Positions 1 through 5,216 of a stretch of DNA of 9,589 bases are shown here, one piece after another. Each line of letters starts with the position of its first letter. The stretch's first letter is position 1. A program made the position numbers and the translations under genes. Source of the stretch: a virus (taxonomy: Duplodnaviria; Heunggongvirae; Uroviricota; Caudoviricetes); the IMG/VR virus record IMGVR_UViG_2563366982_000003, one strand, 5' to 3'. The notes below the pieces were generated by a model. The model did not search any database. It saw only the letters and a program-made list of their open reading frames with translations, and was not told the DNA's origin.

Positions 1-131
1 TTCACCCATCGCGTCATTGTGGAAAGGCCGACATCCATAGCGCTGGCTGCATCTGCCACGGTGTAATTCTGGTCAACGACCAGTTGAGCGGATTCGCGTT
101 TAAACTCTGCGCTGAAATTTCTTTTTTTCAT
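1..131 (-). CDS. IS911-like transposase OrfA (InsN-like), N-terminal part, truncated by the window edge
   Basis: ATG at 131-129 (minus strand); translation [43 protein letters not shown]..., in a different frame from the annotated 100..798 ORF tail. Recognised from memory of IS911 orfA. Confidence 0.7.
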   Translation of the reverse strand, partial: MKKRNFSAEFKRESAQLVVDQNYTVADAASAMDVGLSTMTRWV

Positions 132-203
132 TATGGCACCTGTGTTGTTCTGAGGTGAGCATATCACCTCTGTTCAGGTGGCCAAATTCAGTAAACCACT
201 TCA
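1..203 (-). mobile_element. IS3-family (IS911-like) insertion sequence, partial: left terminal repeat and 5' part of orfA; element continues beyond the window start
   Basis: Minus-strand sequence from 203 downward reads TGAAGTGGTTTACTGAATTTGGCCACCTGAACAGAGGTGATATGCTCACCTCAGAACAACACAGGTGCCATA-ATG, an IS3-family-type end (TG...) followed about 70 nt later by an ORF beginning [43 protein letters not shown], which I recognise as IS911 OrfA (HTH N-terminus). Boundary at 203 inferred from the TGAAGTGG terminus. Not checked against ISfinder. Confidence 0.75.
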
Positions 204-798
204 CACTGCACAGTGATGCTGTCCGGCGATCAATTATCTGGTGCAATACCACCTGCTCGTTTTTCGTCTCCCGCTGAACGCCTATTTCATCCAGGACCAG
301 CAAATCAACCCCGCAAAGCTCCTGTAAAAATTTTTCCCCGGATTTGCCGTTGTCGTAACTGTCATGCAACACGCTCATGACGTCAGACACGGTGACGATA
401 ATCACGCTGCGCCCCTTCACCATCAGCCGGTTGCCCATCGCCGCTGCAAGGTGATTTTTCCCGGTGCCGGTTTTACCGCTGAACACAAAATTCGTGCACC
501 CGGTCATCAGTTCGTCAGCTATGGATTTGGCCTGGCTCAGCGCGTATTTTTGCCCGTCGTTCTGCACCTGATAATTTGCAAACGAGCATTTGCTGTGCAG
601 AGGCTGGATGCCCGAACGATTCAGGATTTTTTCCACCCGCAACTGGCGATTCTGGCGGTTAATCTCCTCGCTGCGTTTTCGTCCTTCAGCAAGTTGCCAT
701 TCCCGCCACTCCTCCACCGTCCGGTACGGTGGAACCGACCCCTGTGGTGCAAGTCTGCGAATACGTTCAAGAACCCCAACTGCCGCAATGTTTTTCAT
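100..798 (-). CDS. DnaC-like replicative helicase loader (AAA+ ATPase); native reading frame ends near 204, the last ~35 codons (100-203) are IS-derived read-through, so the gene is 3'-truncated by the IS911-like insertion
   Basis: 232-aa ORF with Walker A ([15 protein letters not shown]) and Walker B (DLLVLDEIG) and a DnaC-like layout (...[17 protein letters not shown]...); SD-like GGGGGTG upstream of the ATG at 798; the C-terminal tail [15 protein letters not shown]... is encoded by the IS terminal repeat. DnaC homologs carry about 45 more residues after the DRR(S/T) motif. Confidence 0.75.
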   Translation of the reverse strand: MKNIAAVGVLERIRRLAPQGSVPPYRTVEEWREWQLAEGRKRSEEINRQNRQLRVEKILNRSGIQPLHSKCSFANYQVQNDGQKYALSQAKSIADELMTGCTNFVFSGKTGTGKNHLAAAMGNRLMVKGRSVIIVTVSDVMSVLHDSYDNGKSGEKFLQELCGVDLLVLDEIGVQRETKNEQVVLHQIIDRRTASLCSVKWFTEFGHLNRGDMLTSEQHRCHNEKKKFQRRV

Positions 799-804
799 GA
801 CACG

Positions 805-1767
805 TCACCCCCTGAATCCCGGCGGTATTTCAGTGTCCGGTTCAGAAATGTGATTCACGCAACGCTGCGCAGGCGAACGCCCCAGGCGGATAACCAGTTC
901 ATCCCATTTTTCCCGGAGTTTTGCCGGACTCATGATGTTTTTTACCCAGAACGAATCCCGCTGGAGACGCCCAAACATTTCACAAATTTGTCTGTGAGTT
1001 CTGCCATCCAGCATCCGCATTGTGCGAACGTCATTGGCCCATGCTGTCCAGTTGGGTTCTTTCGGTCTAGTGATCTCGCCATCATAGCTGGCCGCCTGCT
1101 CGTAAAGACTCACGATTCGTCCCCAGATCCACTGTGCGCACACCAAATCTTCCTGACTTCCCCACTGGCGTTTTTTCGCACTGAACACAACCGCGTCAGG
1201 GTGTCGGGTTAAAAAATCCTGTTCAGCCGTCTGCGGGTCCGGTTGCGAAGCGTCCGGACAAGAAGATCTTTTATCTGACGGATCAGGTTTTAATACTGAC
1301 GGATCGGGGTCAATCATCGCCCCCCTAATCGGCAGTTTTTTATCAACAGTTGATCCATCAAAATTTGACGGGTCAACCGTTGAGGGGTCAATATTTGACG
1401 GGTCAACTGTTAACGGGTCATTTTTTGCCGGGCTAATTTTTCTTTTCGGTTTATATGACTCACGCGCCGCCGCCGCAGCTGCTTCGAGTTTTTCCACATT
1501 AAGCCGATAGATATTGCTTACATTACGCCCACCGACCTTACGCTCTTCCTTCGTCAGCCAGCCCTCTTTCGCCAGTTCTGCAATAGCCGATTTCACTGTG
1601 GATTCACTTCTTGCACCGATCTGACGCCGGATAGTTTCAATGGCAGGCCATGACACACCCTCGTCATTGCTGTAGTCTGCAAGACGGGCCATAACCGCCA
1701 CCCTGGATAAGATCATGCCGGTGAAGGCGCACCCTTCCCAGACAAGACCATGAAGCTTGCTGCTCAT
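805..1767 (-). CDS. Phage replication initiation protein (lambda O-like in function; N-terminal winged-HTH, internal iteron-encoded peptide repeats, C-terminal DnaT/YdaU-like domain)
   Basis: Long minus-strand ORF (track 805..1782, GTG start); I prefer the ATG at 1767, preceded by GGGGG. N-terminus LVWEGCAFTGMILSRVAVMARLADYSNDEGVSWPAIETIRRQIGARSESTVKSAIAELAKEGWL is typical of replication-initiator HTH domains. Internal DPSNIDPSTVDPSNFDGSTVD peptide repeat is encoded by DNA iterons. Stop lies 6 nt upstream of the dnaC-like ATG, the O-then-loader order of lambdoid replication modules. Confidence 0.7.
   Translation of the reverse strand: MSSKLHGLVWEGCAFTGMILSRVAVMARLADYSNDEGVSWPAIETIRRQIGARSESTVKSAIAELAKEGWLTKEERKVGGRNVSNIYRLNVEKLEAAAAAARESYKPKRKISPAKNDPLTVDPSNIDPSTVDPSNFDGSTVDKKLPIRGAMIDPDPSVLKPDPSDKRSSCPDASQPDPQTAEQDFLTRHPDAVVFSAKKRQWGSQEDLVCAQWIWGRIVSLYEQAASYDGEITRPKEPNWTAWANDVRTMRMLDGRTHRQICEMFGRLQRDSFWVKNIMSPAKLREKWDELVIRLGRSPAQRCVNHISEPDTEIPPGFRG
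1350..1439. repeat. Six tandem 15-bp iterons (consensus TTGAcGGGTCAAy-nn) inside the initiator gene: candidate phage origin of replication
   Basis: Plus-strand units: ttgatccatcaaaat / ttgacgggtcaaccg / ttgaggggtcaatat / ttgacgggtcaactg / ttaacgggtcatttt / ttgccgggctaattt (1350-1439). Each unit contains an internal dyad (TTGAC...GTCAA). Placement inside the initiator gene parallels the lambda ori iterons within O. Confidence 0.6.
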
Positions 1768-1789
1768 AAAACCCCCGAACACCGTGCTT

Positions 1790-2215
1790 TTAGTGCATCA
1801 CCACAGCATTCCCTGCCGGGCCGCCGCGATTCATCTGGTCATACAAAACAACCGCTGACGCAACAAAATCATCGACATCCTTCACCAGCCGATCCCTCCG
1901 TTCGACGATCTCACGGTAATATTCAGAACTGTGGCTGCGCATACGGGCCACCAGCAAAGGCGGCATCGCCTTTTCGATCGCCGGTAACAGAGCCTGCATT
2001 TTTTCAACAGCATCAGGGGTGTCTTTATCCAGCCAACGGAAAATTTTCTGGGTATTACGGGCCAGGGCTTCCGGATGGCTGTCGTCATACAGTTCCGGGA
2101 ACGTCATTCCCAGCTCGAAATACGCTTTGGTAATTTTCGCAGCCGGTACTTTTTCGCCGTCCGGATGCGCCCAGACATTCATCGCCATGCGGATGTGTTC
2201 ATGCTTGATTTTCAT
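1790..2215 (-). CDS. ydaT: YdaT-family protein (CII-like regulator / putative toxin family of Rac-type prophages)
   Basis: 141-aa ORF beginning MKIKHEHI..., matching my memory of the YdaT family N-terminus and size (~140 aa); start ATG overlaps the upstream gene stop (ATGA at 2212-2215), implying translational coupling with the ydaS-like gene. Confidence 0.65.
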   Translation of the reverse strand: MKIKHEHIRMAMNVWAHPDGEKVPAAKITKAYFELGMTFPELYDDSHPEALARNTQKIFRWLDKDTPDAVEKMQALLPAIEKAMPPLLVARMRSHSSEYYREIVERRDRLVKDVDDFVASAVVLYDQMNRGGPAGNAVVMH

Positions 2216-2514
2216 GAATCAACTCCATCAGATAAGCATGTACTACAATCACCTTCAGCATGAACTACATGTGTTTGCCCCAAACGAATGCCGCTCGCAT
2301 ACTCAGGCCAAATAAGCTCCCAATCATGGGGTCGTAGCTCCGCCCTACTTACTTGGCCTTCCGTCGCAGATTCGATCATAAGGGCGCGGGTTGGAGATAT
2401 AGCTGTTCGTCCAGACGCCATTTGCGATAAGTAAGATGGCGATACACCAAGTCTGGCCGCGAATTTCTTAGCATCACCAACCCTTAATGATTTAATAAAC
2501 TCTTTTAATGTCAT
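2212..2514 (-). CDS. ydaS: YdaS-like Cro-type HTH DNA-binding protein (Cro analogue of the switch)
   Basis: 100-aa ORF; HTH signature KKFAARLGVSPSYLSQMASGRTAISPTRALMIESATEGQVSRAELRP; SD GAGGAAGG 4-12 nt upstream of the ATG at 2514; divergent from the regulator gene at 2612. Confidence 0.7.
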   Translation of the reverse strand: MTLKEFIKSLRVGDAKKFAARLGVSPSYLSQMASGRTAISPTRALMIESATEGQVSRAELRPHDWELIWPEYASGIRLGQTHVVHAEGDCSTCLSDGVDS

Positions 2515-2611
2515 ACCTTCCTCGGTTTAGTGTTTTTTTGCGAGTTTAGTGTTTAATAAACCATTAAGTCAAGTATTTGCTTGTTTAGTGATTACTAAAG
2601 ATAATTACCAC
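2515..2611. promoter_or_regulatory. Divergent promoter/operator region between ydaS-like (minus) and paaR2-like (plus): repeated heptamers GTTTAGT/GTTTAAT and palindromes, candidate -35/-10 elements for both directions
   Basis: GTTTAGT at 2525-2531, 2544-2550, 2583-2589; GTTTAAT at 2551-2557 with complement AATAAAC at 2555-2561; perfect dyad TTTAGT-GATT-ACTAAA at 2584-2599. Candidate plus-strand promoter: -35 TTGCTT (2577-2582), 17-bp spacer, -10 GATAAT (2600-2605). Candidate minus-strand promoter: -35 TTGACT (complement of 2567-2572), -10 TAAACT (complement of 2543-2548). A further TTTAATAAAC copy lies at 2491-2500, inside the first codons of ydaS. Confidence 0.55.
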
Positions 2612-2983
2612 ATGCAAAAAAAAGAAATTCGCCGTTTACGTCTCAAGGAGTGGTTTAAAGATAAAACTCTGCCACCCAAAGAGAAGAGCTACCTATCTCA
2701 ACTAATGAGTGGGAGAGCCTCGTTTGGAGAAAAGGCTGCCAGAAGAATAGAGCAAACATACGGGATGCCGGAAGGGTATCTGGATGCGGAATACGCAGAA
2801 CAACCGGGGGTTTCTCCACCACATGCAGGGTTAACGTCTAATCAACTGGAATTATTGCAGATTTTTTCAGCCTTCCCTGAGGATGAGCAACGCCAGATAA
2901 TCAGCGAGTTAAAGCAGAAAAAAGAATCAATGGAAGATCTCATAGCGAGATGGATTGCGGCGCAAAAATGCCGCCGCGCCTGA
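2612..2983 (+). CDS. paaR2: HTH (XRE/cI-type) transcriptional regulator of the three-component ParE toxin-antitoxin module; occupies the cI position of the prophage switch (PaaR2-like)
   Basis: 123-aa ORF from ATG 2612 (the track's 2549 start is a GTG lying inside the operator repeats, with no SD); HTH region LSQLMSGRASFGEKAARRIEQTYGMPEGYLD; no peptidase S24 domain; directly upstream of the antitoxin/toxin pair. Symbol from memory of the E. coli O157:H7 paaR2-paaA2-parE2 system; the paralogous paaR1 module cannot be excluded without alignment. Confidence 0.6.
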   Translation: MQKKEIRRLRLKEWFKDKTLPPKEKSYLSQLMSGRASFGEKAARRIEQTYGMPEGYLDAEYAEQPGVSPPHAGLTSNQLELLQIFSAFPEDEQRQIISELKQKKESMEDLIARWIAAQKCRRA

Positions 2984-3003
2984 GTTATAAAACCGGAGGA
3001 AAC

Positions 3004-3195
3004 ATGAATAGAGCCCTTTCACCAATGGTTTCTGAATTTGAAACCATTGAACAAGAAAACAGTTACAACGAATGGCTGCGTGCGAAAGTAGCAACGAGCC
3101 TTGCAGATCCGCGCCCAGCAATTCCCCATGACGAAGTTGAGCGCAGAATGGCAGAACGCTTTGCTAAGATGCGTAAGGAACGGAGCAAGCAGTAA
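3004..3195 (+). CDS. paaA2: Small antitoxin of a ParE-family toxin (PaaA2-like, 63 aa)
   Basis: 63-aa ORF MNRALSPMVSEFETIEQENSYNEWLRAKVATSLADPRPAIPHDEVERRMAERFAKMRKERSKQ from ATG 3004 with SD GGAGGA at 2995-3000; stop TAA at 3193-3195, 1 nt before the toxin ATG. Size and operon position match the PaaA2 antitoxin as I recall it from the literature. Confidence 0.7.
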   Translation: MNRALSPMVSEFETIEQENSYNEWLRAKVATSLADPRPAIPHDEVERRMAERFAKMRKERSKQ

Positions 3196-3196
3196 A

Positions 3197-3475
3197 ATGT
3201 TACCCGTGTTATGGCTTGAAAGCGCAGATACCGACCTAGATGATATAACTAGTTATATTGCTCGTTTCGACATAGATGCGGCTGAACGCTTATGGCAGCG
3301 ATTAAGGGGTTGTGTGCTGCCGTTATCCGAACATCCGTATTTATACCCACCAAGCGACAGAGTACCTGGCTTGCGTGAGATTGTAGCCCACCCTAACTAT
3401 ATAATTCTATACCGCGTAACAACATCAAGCGTTGAAGTAGTAAACGTGATCCACGCAAGACGCCAGTTTCCCTAA
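3197..3475 (+). CDS. parE2: ParE/RelE-superfamily toxin (ParE2-like)
   Basis: 92-aa ORF from ATG 3197: MLPVLWLESADTDLDDITSYIARFDIDAAERLWQRLRGCVLPLSEHPYLYPPSDRVPGLREIVAHPNYIILYRVTTSSVEVVNVIHARRQFP, with the characteristic ParE C-terminal pattern (...YRV...V.V..H.RR..). The track's 3101 start overlaps the antitoxin and is rejected. Confidence 0.8.
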   Translation: MLPVLWLESADTDLDDITSYIARFDIDAAERLWQRLRGCVLPLSEHPYLYPPSDRVPGLREIVAHPNYIILYRVTTSSVEVVNVIHARRQFP

Positions 3476-3559
3476 CTTTCACTACCAATAGAAACATAAC
3501 AACCGCAACGACTTTATCAAAAGCGTTGTGTTTGTTATGCCCCGCGGTTTAGTTTTTAC

Positions 3560-3590
3560 TTGACTTAAGTTTAATGTTTATTAAACTAAA
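3560..3590 (+). promoter_or_regulatory. Candidate repressor-controlled promoter of the dicB-type operon: -35 TTGACT, operator palindrome GTTTAAT-GTTT-ATTAAAC, -10 TAAACT
   Basis: -35 TTGACT 3560-3565; 16-bp spacer; -10 TAAACT 3582-3587. A perfect 7-bp inverted repeat with 4-bp spacer (3569-3586) fills the spacer and -10 and is near-identical to AGTTTAGTGTTTAATAAAC at 2543-2561 in the divergent switch region. The stretch TTGACTTAA-GTTTA..TTAAAC is shared by both loci. Confidence 0.5.
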
Positions 3591-3766
3591 AATACCAACC
3601 CACCCCGCCCCACAGAACGCAGGGAAATACTTCGAGTTACCCGGCAGTGGTCAGGGGTTAAGTAGCCAGCCCGAGGCGTATGAACATGACGGCGGGAACA
3701 CTTTGTATAACAGCGCAGCAGGTTTTTTGTTCCGCTACCCCGGCGTTAAGGGGAAATGAGGTCAAC

Positions 3767-3919
3767 ATGGATACGCTCAATCTTGGCAACAACGAATCTC
3801 TGGTATGCGGTGTGTTCCCTAACCAGGACGGCACCTTCACCGCGATGACGTATACCAAAAGTAAAACGTTTAAAACCGCAGCTGGTGCGCATCGCTGGTT
3901 AGCAAGAAACACTGACTGA
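3767..3919 (+). CDS. ydfA: YdfA-like small prophage protein (first gene of the dicB-type operon)
   Basis: 50-aa ORF from ATG 3767 (MDTLNLGNNESLVCGVFPNQDGTFTAMTYTKSKTFKTAAGAHRWLARNTD) with SD GAGG at 3758-3761; the track's longer 3680 start lacks an SD. Size and position match Qin ydfA as I recall it. Confidence 0.6.
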   Translation: MDTLNLGNNESLVCGVFPNQDGTFTAMTYTKSKTFKTAAGAHRWLARNTD

Positions 3920-3930
3920 TGAGGTTGACG

Positions 3931-4269
3931 ATGGAATTTAAAGATTTACCTCCTTCAATCCAGGAGATTGCAGCACACACACTTCGTCATCGTCTGAACG
4001 AACTTGAATTGGAATCGGTAACAAAAAAAGACACTGATAATATGGCTCGCAATGTGCGCGATGCGTTTACTGGGCTGTTTTCAGATACAGCTTTAAATAT
4101 CCATGGCACAGAGGATACAGCAAAACAATTTGCAGAAAAAGAAGTGGAAGATCCCAGTTCAAAGAGCCAGAAACAGCCAAACAACCATGAAATTAACGAA
4201 CTGCTTCTGGCAACAGGCTTCATAAATATTAACGAATATGAACGCCGTAAAAAAATGTTATCTGATTAA
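3931..4269 (+). CDS. Hypothetical prophage protein of the dicB-type operon (possibly the intact counterpart of Qin ydfB plus ydfC)
   Basis: 112-aa ORF from ATG 3931 (MEFKDLPPSIQEIAAHTLRHRLNELELESV...) with SD GAGG 3921-3924; an alternative ATG at 3919 overlaps the ydfA-like stop. No recognisable domain; acidic/Lys-rich C-terminal half. Confidence 0.5.
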   Translation: MEFKDLPPSIQEIAAHTLRHRLNELELESVTKKDTDNMARNVRDAFTGLFSDTALNIHGTEDTAKQFAEKEVEDPSSKSQKQPNNHEINELLLATGFININEYERRKKMLSD

Positions 4270-4452
4270 TCCATCAAGATATCTTTTTAGCATCAGCGTT
4301 TCTACGTTATTAAAACCATCAGATTTTAACATAGCTTCGATTCGCTGATTTAAATTGCCAACTAACTGTTGATACTGAGTAGATGGAAGCATGTGTACCA
4401 GCTCCTTGAGAACACAATAACATGCACCAAGTTTTAACTCCTGCTCTGACAT
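4258..4452 (-). CDS. Candidate small protein gene (64 aa) antisense to the dicB-operon transcript, in the gap between the ydfB/C-like gene and DicF
   Basis: ATG at 4452-4450 preceded by a consensus SD (GGAGGA-taaa-ATG); translation MSEQELKLGACYCVLKELVHMLPSTQYQQLVGNLNQRIEAMLKSDGFNNVETLMLKRYLDGLIR; AT-rich codon usage (TTA, AGA, CTT). No plus-strand ORF of comparable quality exists between 4270 and 4790. No homolog recognised. Confidence 0.35.
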   Translation of the reverse strand: MSEQELKLGACYCVLKELVHMLPSTQYQQLVGNLNQRIEAMLKSDGFNNVETLMLKRYLDGLIR

Positions 4453-4791
4453 TTTATCCTCCATTGAGGTTACTGGTTGAGAATGGAAACCTCTCGTGAC
4501 AGCGTGTGGTCGTGCGCCGGACACGGATAAGAATCCGGCACTGACAGTTTACTGAAAGGATATTTCCCTGAAAAGTCAGACCATAACGCGAAAGCGTACG
4601 GCGAGGTAGCTGGTTCATAGATAGCCTGTCGTTAAATTTTCGTCGACCGTGCGCTTCCGGTTGTGGCAATCCGCGAAATGGCGCGGCGGTAAGTATGGCG
4701 GGGTTATTCCTTCCCCCGTTGAGGACACCGGGTTGTCAGGTTGACCATACGCTTAAGTGACAACCCCGCTGCAACGCCCTCTGTTATCAAT

Positions 4792-4848
4792 TTTCTGGTG
4801 ACGTTTGGCGGTATCAGTTTTACTCCGTGACTGCTCTGCCGCCCTTTT
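4792..4848 (+). ncRNA. dicF: DicF small regulatory RNA (ftsZ-targeting sRNA of Qin-type prophages), including its 3' stem and U-tract
   Basis: Sequence TTTCTGGTGACGTTTGGCGGTATCAGTTTTACTCCGTGACTGCTCUGCCGCCC + TTTTT matches my memory of the 53-nt DicF RNA; GGCGG (4807-4811) / CCGCC (4839-4843) pairing followed by a T-run gives a rho-independent 3' end; lies 180 nt upstream of the dicB ATG as in the Qin dicB operon. Exact 5' end not determinable from sequence. Confidence 0.75.
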
Positions 4849-5027
4849 TAAAGTGAATTTTGTGATGCGGTGAATGCGGCTGAGCGCACGCGGAACAGTT
4901 AAAGCAGTAAGGCGGTCTTTTACTGGCGTAACGAGCATCAACTAACCCGGCGTTAATTGTTAACTGGTTAACGTCACCTGGAGGCACCAGGCACTGCATC
5001 ACAAAATTCATTGTTGAGGACGCGATA

Positions 5028-5216
5028 ATGGAAACGTTATTACCAAACGTTAATACGTCTGAAGGTTGTTTTGATATTGGTGTTCTGCTCAGTAACCGGG
5101 AGTTTACTGAAGATGCCATTAATATGAGGAAATATGAGCCTTATCTGCTCAATGATAATTCCATACTTTCCCGAATTGCTCTTCTTGAACTTGGTATTTT
5201 CGGAGAGCGTCAATGA
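5028..5216 (+). CDS. dicB: Cell-division inhibitor DicB
   Basis: 62-aa ORF METLLPNVNTSEGCFDIGVLLSNREFTEDAINMRKYEPYLLNDNSILSRIALLELGIFGERQ; matches DicB in length and N-terminal sequence (M-TLLPNVNTSEGCF...) as recalled; SD GAGGA 5016-5020; follows DicF. Confidence 0.85.
   Translation: METLLPNVNTSEGCFDIGVLLSNREFTEDAINMRKYEPYLLNDNSILSRIALLELGIFGERQ

Noticed and set aside
122-128. T7 homopolymer as a possible frameshift site explaining the odd DnaC C-terminus
   Set aside because: The odd C-terminus is fully explained by the IS terminal repeat starting at 203; the T-run is the A-rich start of IS orfA (ATGAAAAAAAG) on the other strand.
364-1212. 282-aa plus-strand ORF
   Set aside because: Lies entirely antisense to the dnaC-like and O-like genes, both of which have recognisable motifs; Arg/His/Pro-rich translation typical of the reverse strand of a real gene.
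1350-1439. Possible CRISPR array (regular short repeats)
   Set aside because: The units are contiguous 15-bp iterons with no spacers and lie inside a coding frame; the pattern is that of a replicon origin, not a CRISPR array.
2549-2611. N-terminal extension of the regulator ORF from a GTG start (MFNKPLSQVFACLVITKDNYH...)
   Set aside because: Would be encoded across the operator heptamer repeats and candidate -35/-10 elements and has no SD; the ATG at 2612 is preferred (see the leaderless-mRNA finding).
2950-3195. Longer 81-aa version of the antitoxin ORF starting at 2950
   Set aside because: Overlaps the end of the regulator gene in another frame; the internal ATG at 3004 has a consensus SD (GGAGGA) and gives the 63-aa length expected for the antitoxin.
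3101-3475. Longer 124-aa version of the toxin ORF starting at 3101
   Set aside because: The N-terminal extension overlaps the antitoxin gene; the ParE-like similarity begins at the ATG at 3197, which lies 1 nt after the antitoxin stop.
3700-3730. Possible intrinsic terminator (GCGCAGCAGG followed by TTTTTTG)
   Set aside because: No convincing complementary stem precedes the T-run; more likely part of the untranslated leader of the dicB-type operon.
4454-4669. 71-aa minus-strand ORF ending at the SD of the candidate 64-aa ORF
   Set aside because: Arg-rich low-complexity translation, no SD, no recognisable features; likely a chance ORF, although coupling to the downstream small ORF cannot be excluded.
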